In this document: in pieces, positions 1 through 8,018 of the stretch
Numbering within the stretch: the stretch's first letter is position 1
How the letters are laid out: every line of letters begins with the position of its first letter
From: a virus
Reading direction: 5' to 3' (one strand)
IMG/VR virus record: IMGVR_UViG_3300045988_147856
Length of the DNA stretch: 64,000 nucleotides
Made by a program: the position numbers and the translations under genes
Notes under the pieces: model-generated
What the model saw: the letters and a program-made list of their open reading frames with translations, nothing else
Told to the model about the DNA's origin: nothing
Database searches by the model: none

Positions 1-530
1 GCAAACTCCCGAAAGCCAAAGAGTTCAAGCGCTGGGTAACGGCGGAAGTGCTTCCAGCAATCCGCAAAACAGGCGGCTATGTAAACGATACGAAACAGTT
101 CGTCGATTACTACTTTGCGGACTGCAATACATATGGGCGAGAAGCTATTACGCTTATGCTTAACGAAACAAAACGAATGGCAAATCAGTTAAAAGCTCAG
201 GCTCCGAAGGTGCTGTTCGCTGAGGCTGTAGAAGGCTCGAAGACATCTATTCCAGTCGGCGACCTTGCGAAGCTTATAAAGCAGAACGGCGTCGATATTG
301 GACAGAATCGTCTCTTCTCGTGGCTGAGAATGAATGACTATCTGATAAAGTCGGGCGACAGAAAGAATATGCCGACGCAGAAGTCTATGGACTTAGGTCT
401 GTTCGAGGTTAAGATATCGACTTTCTACAGACCCGATGGCACGGTAGATATCGCGAAGACGCCGAAAGTCACAGGTAGGGGTCAGACTTATCTTATTAAC
501 AAATTCTTGTCGAGTTTGAAGGGGGCGTAA
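1..530 (+). CDS. Phage antirepressor (end of Bro-N/ANT domain plus KilAC-type C-terminal domain); 5' end lies outside the window
   Basis: The frame is open from nt 3 (KLPKAKEFKRWVTAEVLPAIRKTGGY, a typical Bro-N/ANT end). It continues through listed ORF 48..530 (GQNRLFSWLRMNDYLIK, KilAC-like). Confidence 0.65.
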   Translation, partial: KLPKAKEFKRWVTAEVLPAIRKTGGYVNDTKQFVDYYFADCNTYGREAITLMLNETKRMANQLKAQAPKVLFAEAVEGSKTSIPVGDLAKLIKQNGVDIGQNRLFSWLRMNDYLIKSGDRKNMPTQKSMDLGLFEVKISTFYRPDGTVDIAKTPKVTGRGQTYLINKFLSSLKGA

Positions 531-535
531 ATTTA

Positions 536-557
536 ACCCAAAAGGAATTGGGTTTTG
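536..557 (+). terminator. Intrinsic terminator-like hairpin after the antirepressor gene
   Basis: Stem ACCCAA, loop AAGGAA, stem TTGGGT, followed by TTT. Confidence 0.4.
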
Positions 558-857
558 AAAGGTTAACCATGATAGACAGGTTTTATGATTTTGATTATAA
601 CAGATAATATCCTACAAATAGATGGTAGGGAACGACTGTCACTCGTCCGTGCCATGTGGGTTTTCCTTCTTTTTTTGCAGGTCTTTATAAGTTCGATTAT
701 AACTGATAAGATCTTGCAAATTGAAGTGATCAACTCATAAGTTGACATATGTATTACTCCTTCCTTAGAGACTTGCGAGGTGCGAATAGCTGCGCTCGCT
801 GTACCCCTATAAGTAATACTATTATGGTTGACCTTTTAAAGCCCAATTCCTTGTTTG
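537..857. repeat. Imperfect 32-bp inverted repeats flanking a 257-bp cassette; a third, direct copy lies at 2153-2175
   Basis: 537-568 (cccaaaaggaattgggttttgaaaggttaacc) matches the reverse complement of 826-857 at 25 of 32 positions. aaaaggaatcgggttttga recurs after the MTase stop at 2153. Confidence 0.55.
563..748 (-). CDS. Small 61-aa protein with an internal duplication, antisense to the neighbouring genes; possible holin-like or type I toxin-like peptide
   Basis: Strong RBS AAGGAAGGAG lies 8 nt before the ATG. The N-terminus is MSTYELITSICKILSVIIELIK, and SICKILSVIIELIK is repeated as SICRILSVIIKIIK (DNA repeats 593-625 and 695-728). Confidence 0.4.
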   Translation of the reverse strand: MSTYELITSICKILSVIIELIKTCKKRRKTHMARTSDSRSLPSICRILSVIIKIIKPVYHG

Positions 858-878
858 ATAAAATTAAAAGGAGCGTGA

Positions 879-2153
879 ACCAGTATAAAGAAAATCCTTA
901 TAGGCGGTAGCCCTTGTACAAAATGGAGTATCGCTCAGAAAAACGGAAGAGAAGTTTTGCCTAAAGGTGTCGGCTGGGAGCTGTTCGAGAACTATCGGAT
1001 AGCGAAAGAAAAATTCCAGCCCGACATCTTTTTATATGAGAATAACAAGTCGGCGGCTCAACCCATAAAAGACGCGATTTACTCTGCTCTTGGTGGGGGC
1101 AAAGACTCATCAGTTCGGCTTACACACATAGACAGTGCGTTGGTTTCGGCGCAACATCGTCAGAGGTTTTATGTTACGAATTTTGGTGATATAGAACAAC
1201 CAGAAGATAGAGGAATTTTACTTTGCGATGTACTTGAAAGCGGAAAAGATTTGTCTTGCCGCGAAAAGGCGTATACGCTTACAGCCAGCTATGGCGGAGC
1301 GGTAGCGTGGAACACCTTGGAAAGAAATCAACGAACTATGGTTGCAGAGCCAGTATATGTAGAATTTGCGGTTGGCGAATCAATTCAAAAAATGATTCCT
1401 GCTGTTGTTGATAGATTTGGTTATTTACCTGAAAAATTTAATGCATACAACCGTACTGAAATAAAAGATAAATCTCCGACACTTACAACGGGAAGTATGG
1501 TTACAAGCAGTTGTGCCACTACGATTTTGACGCCGATACGCATAGGAACTATAGAAAGCAATGTAAAGAATAAGTCGCACGACAGCAAACAATATCGTGT
1601 ATATAGTCCCGACGGAAAAGCAACTACGCTTTGTGGACAAGGCGGCGGAGTCGGCGCAAAAACTGGATTGTATGCCTGTCCCATAAACGAAATTGACGGC
1701 AAGCCGATATACACGGTTAAGAATGGATTAATAACCATCAAGGACAAACAATACCCGATTAAGCTCGCCGATGGCCATTACCTTATACGAAAGCTTACAC
1801 CGTTAGAATGTGAGAGACTGCAAACTCTTCCGGGCGGTTATACGAGCGGAGTTAGTGATACTCAGCGATATCGTGCTATCGGCAATGGGTGGACGGCAGA
1901 GGTTATTATACATATTTTAAATCATGCTCTTAAAGATATCCCGAGAGACCAAGAGCTTGTAGTCTTGTCACTTTACGACGGAATAGCAACAGGTAGGTAC
2001 TGTCTGGATAAGATGGGCTTTACGAATGTCAAGTATTATGCTTATGAAATAGACCCATATCCGATAAAGATAGCGATGTCAAACTATCCCGATATCATCC
2101 AGTGTGGCGATGCCTTTCGGGTTAGGGATGATGATTGGAAAATTCCGGACTAA
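879..2153 (+). CDS. DNA (cytosine-5) methyltransferase with circularly permuted motif order (IV-VI-VIII-TRD-IX-X-I-II-III); start codon unresolved
   Basis: - Motif order seen: GGSPCTKWS (IV, 903-929), FLYENN (VI), QHRQRFYV (VIII), RKLTPLECERLQTLPGGYT (IX), AIGNGWT (X), then VLSLYDGIATG (I) and YYAYEID (II) at the C-terminus.
- An in-frame stop sits at 876-878.
- The first canonical start is TTG at 957, downstream of the PC motif. Confidence 0.75.
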   Translation, partial: TSIKKILIGGSPCTKWSIAQKNGREVLPKGVGWELFENYRIAKEKFQPDIFLYENNKSAAQPIKDAIYSALGGGKDSSVRLTHIDSALVSAQHRQRFYVTNFGDIEQPEDRGILLCDVLESGKDLSCREKAYTLTASYGGAVAWNTLERNQRTMVAEPVYVEFAVGESIQKMIPAVVDRFGYLPEKFNAYNRTEIKDKSPTLTTGSMVTSSCATTILTPIRIGTIESNVKNKSHDSKQYRVYSPDGKATTLCGQGGGVGAKTGLYACPINEIDGKPIYTVKNGLITIKDKQYPIKLADGHYLIRKLTPLECERLQTLPGGYTSGVSDTQRYRAIGNGWTAEVIIHILNHALKDIPRDQELVVLSLYDGIATGRYCLDKMGFTNVKYYAYEIDPYPIKIAMSNYPDIIQCGDAFRVRDDDWKIPD

Positions 2154-2202
2154 AAGGAATCGGGTTTTGATTTGAAAAATGAAAATGAAAAGGGGAGATG
2201 AA

Positions 2203-2808
2203 ATGGCTCAGGATTGGAGCGGCGATGCAAACTCTGTGTACAAAATTATCGGGGCGTCTAACCACTCAAACGAAAACAGGGCAGACGACGACTACTACGC
2301 GACTGACCCGAAGGCGGTAGAGGAGTTGCTGAAACGAGAGAAATTCTCTCACTATGTGTGGGAGCCGGCTTGTGGTGGAGGACACATATCAAAAGTATTG
2401 GAGGCTCACGGTTACGACGTTCTGTCGAGTGATATTGTGGATAGGGGTTATCCGAATACATATGTGGCGAACTTTTTGAGAACCAAATCTCATCCCACGA
2501 AATATATACCACGCGACATTATCACGAACCCGCCGTACAAATATGCTAAGGAATTTATAGAGAAAGCCTTAAAGTTATCTATGGATTCAACTAAAATAGC
2601 TATGTTCCTCAAGGTCACATTTCTTGAGGGCAAGGCAAGACGGGAATTGTTTGATAAAGCTCCACCGAAATATGTGTATGTATTCTCCGGTAGAGTGAAC
2701 TGTGCTAAGAACGGCGACTTTAGTAAAGCTGAGTCGAGCGCCGTGGCGTATGCGTGGTTTGTTTGGGAAAAGGGGTTCAAGGGCAAACCGAAAATTAGAT
2801 GGATTTAA
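2203..2808 (+). CDS. SAM-dependent DNA methyltransferase, N6-adenine/N4-cytosine type (NPPY)
   Basis: RBS AAAGGGGAG precedes the ATG at 2203. Motifs: YYATDP, EPACGGGHI (SAM-binding loop) and IITNPPY (catalytic). Confidence 0.65.
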   Translation: MAQDWSGDANSVYKIIGASNHSNENRADDDYYATDPKAVEELLKREKFSHYVWEPACGGGHISKVLEAHGYDVLSSDIVDRGYPNTYVANFLRTKSHPTKYIPRDIITNPPYKYAKEFIEKALKLSMDSTKIAMFLKVTFLEGKARRELFDKAPPKYVYVFSGRVNCAKNGDFSKAESSAVAYAWFVWEKGFKGKPKIRWI

Positions 2809-2830
2809 ACCAAGGAGGAGTATTGGTTAA

Positions 2831-3355
2831 ATGAAAATGGATAAGGTTGCGGGGTCGGGAAATGACGAATTCTACACACCCGCATATGCGATTAGACCAA
2901 TCCTTAAATATGTAGAGGGGGGAGCAAAAGTCTGGTGTCCCTTTGATACAGCAGACAGTTTGTTTGTAAAAGAGCTTAGGGCACACGGCTGTGAAGTGAT
3001 ACCGACTCATATCGATAACGGACAAGACTTCTTTAGTATAGAGATTCCCAAGTGTGACTATATAATTTCCAACCCGCCGTACTCGCGCAAAGGAGATGTA
3101 TTAGAGAGATTATTTGAGACGGGTAAGCCGTTTGCTATGCTCGTTGGGGTAGTCGGCTTGTTTGAAAGTCAAAAGAGATTTGATATGTTTAAACAAAATG
3201 AGTTCGAGATAATGTATCTCAATAGGCGTGTTTCGTATTTTAAATCATATGACGACGAAAAGCCTTCGCTAAACCCGCCGTTTTCGAGCGTTTATGTGTG
3301 TCATGGGATGTTGCCGAAAACTATTGTATTTGAGGAAATAAGCAAGGCAGGATAA
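2831..3355 (+). CDS. Second small NPPY-type DNA methyltransferase
   Basis: Motifs EFYTP and IISNPPYSRKGD. It shares the RBS context TTTAAACCAAGGAGG with the next gene. Confidence 0.65.
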   Translation: MKMDKVAGSGNDEFYTPAYAIRPILKYVEGGAKVWCPFDTADSLFVKELRAHGCEVIPTHIDNGQDFFSIEIPKCDYIISNPPYSRKGDVLERLFETGKPFAMLVGVVGLFESQKRFDMFKQNEFEIMYLNRRVSYFKSYDDEKPSLNPPFSSVYVCHGMLPKTIVFEEISKAG

Positions 3356-3389
3356 AAATAAATTAAATTTAAACCAAGGAGGAAATTAA

Positions 3390-4286
3390 ATGATATTTAA
3401 TATTGTAATGATAGTTATAGCTGCGGTTCTCACGGCTGTAGGTGTGATTTTAGCTTACAAAGAGATAGAATACGGAGACGACATTCCGGTGGCAATTCCT
3501 ATAGTAAGTTTTGTGTTGGCGATATGTCTGTTCGTACTCTCAGCTTCAGCGGCTATTGTGCCGACCGGATATACGGGAGTGAGAACGACGCTCGGTCAGA
3601 TAAGCGACCAGCCTGTACATAGTGGTTTCAACTGGAAAGCGCCCATTGTTCAGAGCATAAAGCTCGTAAATAACAAACAGCAGGACGCGCAGTTCGGCGG
3701 CGACAAAATCTGGTCGGAGACTAAAAGCAGAACAGCAATTTACTACGCAGACGTGACCGTTACTTATCAGATTAACCCCGACAGGTCGGCGTGGATCTAC
3801 GCTAATGTCTCGGACTACAAGAACTCTCTGGTGTCCGAAAACATAGTTGCTTCGGCTATTAAATCCAGTAGCAAAGTGCTTAGCGATACCGACGCGACGA
3901 ACCGCTCGATAGTTGAACCGCTGATAATGAAAAATCTTCAGGCTTCTATAGACGAGAAGTACGGCGAGGATGTTGTTGCGATACTCAAAGTGACGGTAAA
4001 CGACATTGACTTTGACGAGTCATATCAGGCGGCGATAGCATCAAAACAACAGGCTCAGCTTGCGGCAGAACAGCAGGAAATCGAAAATAAAAAGGCTGTG
4101 GATAAGGCAAAGGCAGACGCAGAGGCGAAGCTTATAAAATCTAAGGCTGAAGCTGAAGCAAATGACACTCTTGAGAAGTCCCTGACGGATAAGATTCTTA
4201 AAGAAAAATACATAGAGAAGTGGGACGGAAAGCTCCCGAGTGTGATGACCGGCGACGATGGAAGTTCGATAATGATTCAAAAGTAA
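3390..4286 (+). CDS. SPFH/band-7 (prohibitin-like) membrane protein
   Basis: Two N-terminal TM helices, an SPFH-like core (GYTGVRTTLGQI) and a C-terminal Ala/Glu/Lys coiled coil. Confidence 0.7.
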   Translation: MIFNIVMIVIAAVLTAVGVILAYKEIEYGDDIPVAIPIVSFVLAICLFVLSASAAIVPTGYTGVRTTLGQISDQPVHSGFNWKAPIVQSIKLVNNKQQDAQFGGDKIWSETKSRTAIYYADVTVTYQINPDRSAWIYANVSDYKNSLVSENIVASAIKSSSKVLSDTDATNRSIVEPLIMKNLQASIDEKYGEDVVAILKVTVNDIDFDESYQAAIASKQQAQLAAEQQEIENKKAVDKAKADAEAKLIKSKAEAEANDTLEKSLTDKILKEKYIEKWDGKLPSVMTGDDGSSIMIQK

Positions 4287-4297
4287 GGAGGGAATGA

Positions 4298-6532
4298 ATG
4301 AGGGTATTACTGTTGTTGCGCGGTAGTGCTGGGTGTGGTAAGTCAACATGGATTGAACAAAATGGACTTGAACCCTATACACTATCCGCCGACGAGATAA
4401 GGTTGATGTACGCTTCGCCCGCTTTAAATGTTTGTGGCGAAGAGTGTATAAGTCAGTTAAATGACACTAAGGTCTGGAAGACACTCTTTCAGATTCTTGA
4501 GTCTCGAATGGAGCGAGGAGAGTTCACCGTTATTGACGCGACGAACTCCAAAACTTCCGAGATGAAGCGCTATGCGGAACTTTGTAACCGTTATCGCTAT
4601 AGGATTTATTGTGTAGACTTCACCGACATTCCTATTGAGGAAACCAAAAGGCGAAATAAAATGCGACCTATAGTTAAACAGGTTCCTGAAACAGTAATCG
4701 ATAATATGTATGCTCGTTTCGCTACTCAGAAAATTCCGTCGGGGATAACCGTTATAAAACCGGATGAACTTTCAAGGGTGTGGTTCAAACCTATGGATGT
4801 TTCGGAATACGATGCGGTTCACTTTGTTGGAGATGTTCATGGCTGCTATACGGCACTCAAAGAAGCAATCAGGGATGTAACTGAGAAACCTAATGAGCTG
4901 TTTGTGTTCTGCGGAGACTATACTGACAGAGGAATTGAAAATGCAGAGGTAGTAAAGGAGCTTCTTCGCATCTATAAAGAACCGAATGTATATCTCATAG
5001 AGGGAAATCATGAGAAACATATGTGGGTTTGGGCTAATGACGGAACTACCGGGTCAAAAGAGTTTGAGATGCATACAAGAGCTCAGCTTGAAAGCGCTTC
5101 TTTTACTAAAAAGGATGTTCGCAAACTTTACAGAAGTTTCGGGCAGTGCGCCTATTATATATATCGTGGCAAAACTATATTGGCTACACACGGTGGTCTT
5201 AGTACGTTGCCTAACAATCTCACGCTGGTGGCTACCGACCAAATGATTAAAGGCTCTGGGAATTATAGCGACGCCGATGTTGTTGATCAGTCTTTCTGTG
5301 AAAATACTGACGCTTATCAGGTGCATGGGCACAGAAATCTTAAAGGAAATCCCATTCAGGCTTGCAGAGCCTTCAATCTTGAGGGGAATGTTGAGTTTGG
5401 AGGCTCTATAAGAGTTGTTAGTTTTGTTGGCAATGAGATAAAGGTGAGCGAGTTTAAAAACAATATATATTTACCGACTGAAGAGAGAATTGATTATACT
5501 GCAAAGATAAAAAAGAACGAGTCTGTTGCAGATGCTATTCTGGCTCTGAGAGGTAATAAGCAGGTAGTCGAGAAGCAGTTCGGTGATATCTCGTCTTTTA
5601 ACTTCTCAAAACAGGCTTTCTTTGACAAGATATGGGATGAGCAGACGATTAGGGCACGAGGTTTGTATATCAACATTCCCAAAGGAAAAATAGTCGCAAG
5701 AGGCTATACAAAGTTCTTTAATGTAAACGAGCGACCGGAGACAAAATTTGATATGTTACAGCACAAGCTTAAGTTTCCTGTAACTGCGTATGTTAAAGAA
5801 AACGGGTTTCTCGGGTTAGTTTCATATAACGAGATAGATGATTCGCTGTTTGTTACAACGAAATCTAATCCGGATGGTAATTATGCATCGTGGCTTAAAG
5901 AGATGATAGATAAGAAAATCCCTGTTGATACACAGCAGAAAATGAAAGAATTTTCAAGGGAGAACAATGTAACATTTGTGTTTGAGTGTATTGATATGCA
6001 GAGAGATCCACACATAATTGATTATCCGGAAAATCATCTTTTCTTGCTTGATATTGTTTACAACGAGTTGAAGTTCAAAAAGTTCAGTTATGACGAGCTT
6101 ATAAGTGTTGCAGACAAGTTCGGGCTCGAACACAAAGAGCGAGCTGTCGTAATTAACGATTGGCAGACATTCTTCGATTGGTATTACACGGTCACAGCAC
6201 CTGATTATCTGTATAACAACAGGCATATAGAGGGATTTGTCGTCGAAGATGCCGACGGTTATATGGTTAAGCTTAAACTTGCTTACTATAATCTCTGGAA
6301 ATACCTTCGCGGCATTTCCTACAAGGTTCTTAGACGCGGACATCTTGATGGCAAGGAAACTTCGTCTCTTACAACGCCATTAATGAATCAGTATTATGCG
6401 TGGCTTAAACGAATTTACGCAGAAACAGAGGATAAAGAGTCAATACCGCGTGATATCTGCTCGCTTAGAAAACTATTCTACGCATCGGACGAAGGAAGAA
6501 ATTTTACAAAGGAGGGGAACGATAATGATTGA
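4298..6532 (+). CDS. pnkp: Trifunctional RNA repair enzyme, Pnkp type (5'-kinase, metallophosphoesterase, RNA ligase-like adenylyltransferase)
   Basis: - Kinase: P-loop GSAGCGKST.
- Phosphatase motifs: GDVHGC, GDYTDRG, GNHE, THGG, HGHRN.
- Ligase motifs: VKENGFLG (KxNG), FVFECID, EGFVVED, MVKLK. Confidence 0.8.
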   Translation: MRVLLLLRGSAGCGKSTWIEQNGLEPYTLSADEIRLMYASPALNVCGEECISQLNDTKVWKTLFQILESRMERGEFTVIDATNSKTSEMKRYAELCNRYRYRIYCVDFTDIPIEETKRRNKMRPIVKQVPETVIDNMYARFATQKIPSGITVIKPDELSRVWFKPMDVSEYDAVHFVGDVHGCYTALKEAIRDVTEKPNELFVFCGDYTDRGIENAEVVKELLRIYKEPNVYLIEGNHEKHMWVWANDGTTGSKEFEMHTRAQLESASFTKKDVRKLYRSFGQCAYYIYRGKTILATHGGLSTLPNNLTLVATDQMIKGSGNYSDADVVDQSFCENTDAYQVHGHRNLKGNPIQACRAFNLEGNVEFGGSIRVVSFVGNEIKVSEFKNNIYLPTEERIDYTAKIKKNESVADAILALRGNKQVVEKQFGDISSFNFSKQAFFDKIWDEQTIRARGLYINIPKGKIVARGYTKFFNVNERPETKFDMLQHKLKFPVTAYVKENGFLGLVSYNEIDDSLFVTTKSNPDGNYASWLKEMIDKKIPVDTQQKMKEFSRENNVTFVFECIDMQRDPHIIDYPENHLFLLDIVYNELKFKKFSYDELISVADKFGLEHKERAVVINDWQTFFDWYYTVTAPDYLYNNRHIEGFVVEDADGYMVKLKLAYYNLWKYLRGISYKVLRRGHLDGKETSSLTTPLMNQYYAWLKRIYAETEDKESIPRDICSLRKLFYASDEGRNFTKEGNDND

Positions 6533-6617
6533 CGCATTTCTTTTTAACATTCTTAATCTGATTGGTCTTTATGGTAAAGCAATTCTTGTGTTCATCGAGA
6601 AAATACTTGGACTGTAA
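6525..6617 (+). CDS. Small 30-aa hydrophobic peptide
   Basis: Strong RBS AAGGAGGGG lies 7 nt before the ATG at 6525. Sequence MIDAFLFNILNLIGLYGKAILVFIEKILGL. Confidence 0.3.
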   Translation: MIDAFLFNILNLIGLYGKAILVFIEKILGL

Positions 6618-6653
6618 AATCCAAATAAATAAAAATGAAAAGGGGTAAAACAA

Positions 6654-7595
6654 ATGGGATTTCAGAAAGCAAAAAGAGAACAGATTTGGCTTAAGGTGCT
6701 ACTCGCGGGTCCAAGTGGAAGCGGTAAGACTTTTTCGGCGCTGAGACTGGCGAAGGGCATAGCCGCCGCTGCGGGTGGTAGAGTCGCCGCAATCGACACG
6801 GAGAATGGTCGTATAAGATATTACGCAAATGAGTTCGACTTCGACGACCTTCAGCTTCAGGCTCCGTATACTCCCGAGAAATACATTCAGGCTATTGACG
6901 ATGCGGTTGACGGCGGATATAAGGCTCTTGTTATCGACAGCATAACTCATGAGTGGGATTACTGTGTTGATTATCACGACAAGATGCCGGGCAATTCTTA
7001 TACCAACTGGGGTAAGGTAACTCCGAGACATGACGCCTTTATGGAAAAGGTTCTTCAGTCTCCTATACATATTATATCCACCGTTAGAGGCAAGGACACT
7101 TATGTTCTTGAGGATAGAAACGGAAAACAGGTTCCTAAGAAAGTCGGTATGGGCTACAAGCAGAGAGATAACACGGAGTACAACTACACTCTAACCTTTA
7201 ATATCGCGCAGGACACCCACATAGCGGAAGCTCAGAAAGATAATACACACCTCTTCGAGGGCAGATACGATGTGCTGACCGAGCGCGACGGCAAGGCTCT
7301 GTTTGACTGGGCAAACGCTGGCGACGCCCCCGCTCCGAAGCCGGTTAATAAATCCGCCGCAGAGGAAGAGCCGGTTGCAGATGTTCCTGTGGCTGAGAAG
7401 TCTAAGATAGAAATGGCTATAGACAGCATTAACAAACTCGCTAAAGAACTTGCAGACAGCGGTGTGGCGAAGAAAACAATTTCAGATATAATCAAGTCGG
7501 TTTCGGGTAGTGCAAACTATAATAAGATAACTGACTTTGAGGTAGCGACAGATGTTTATAAGGAGCTTGTAGCCCTTAAAAATAAGGAGGATTAA
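6654..7595 (+). CDS. AAA_24/Sak4-like RecA-fold ATPase (phage recombination or replication accessory)
   Basis: Walker A LLAGPSGSGKT and Walker B LVIDSITH. It sits directly upstream of SSB. Confidence 0.7.
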   Translation: MGFQKAKREQIWLKVLLAGPSGSGKTFSALRLAKGIAAAAGGRVAAIDTENGRIRYYANEFDFDDLQLQAPYTPEKYIQAIDDAVDGGYKALVIDSITHEWDYCVDYHDKMPGNSYTNWGKVTPRHDAFMEKVLQSPIHIISTVRGKDTYVLEDRNGKQVPKKVGMGYKQRDNTEYNYTLTFNIAQDTHIAEAQKDNTHLFEGRYDVLTERDGKALFDWANAGDAPAPKPVNKSAAEEEPVADVPVAEKSKIEMAIDSINKLAKELADSGVAKKTISDIIKSVSGSANYNKITDFEVATDVYKELVALKNKED

Positions 7596-7601
7596 TTATT
7601 T

Positions 7602-8018
7602 ATGGTAGAGAATAATGTAACAATCATCGGTAGACTTACGGGCGACGTAGAAATAAGAACCGCCGGTAACACAGACAACAGAGTGGCGAATTTCACTGTA
7701 GCTATCAATCGTCCCAAGAGAAAGGACGCAGAAGACGAAGCAGATTTCATCCGTGTTAGGGCGTGGAACTCAACCGCCGACTTTATCGAAAAGTATTTCG
7801 GCAAGGGTTCTAAGATAGGTGTCAGAGGTTCCATTCGTACAGACTCGTATAAAAACAAGGACGGCGAGAACAGAAGCGTGACATATGTCCTTGCTGATGA
7901 GATCTGCTTTATCGAGTCTAAGTCAACTTCCAACGGCGGCTCTGAGCCGAAAGCAAAGGTGAGCACAAAGAAAGCAAATGTTGATGTCACTACTGACGAC
8001 GATGATCTGCCGTTCTGA
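7602..8018 (+). CDS. ssb: Single-stranded DNA-binding protein
   Basis: OB-fold N-terminus (NNVTIIGRLTGDVEIR) and an acidic DDDDLPF C-terminal tip. Confidence 0.9.
   Translation: MVENNVTIIGRLTGDVEIRTAGNTDNRVANFTVAINRPKRKDAEDEADFIRVRAWNSTADFIEKYFGKGSKIGVRGSIRTDSYKNKDGENRSVTYVLADEICFIESKSTSNGGSEPKAKVSTKKANVDVTTDDDDLPF

Noticed and set aside
1421-1747. Antisense or shadow ORFs inside long genes (for example 1421..1747, 5054..5332, 7592..8233, 11486..11971, 25176..25889, 31142..31630, 37670..38266, 45260..45802, 53145..53942, 54484..55056, 57917..58486).
   Set aside because: They lie opposite or out of frame within genes that have clear domain content. They have no RBS and show skewed, low-complexity composition.
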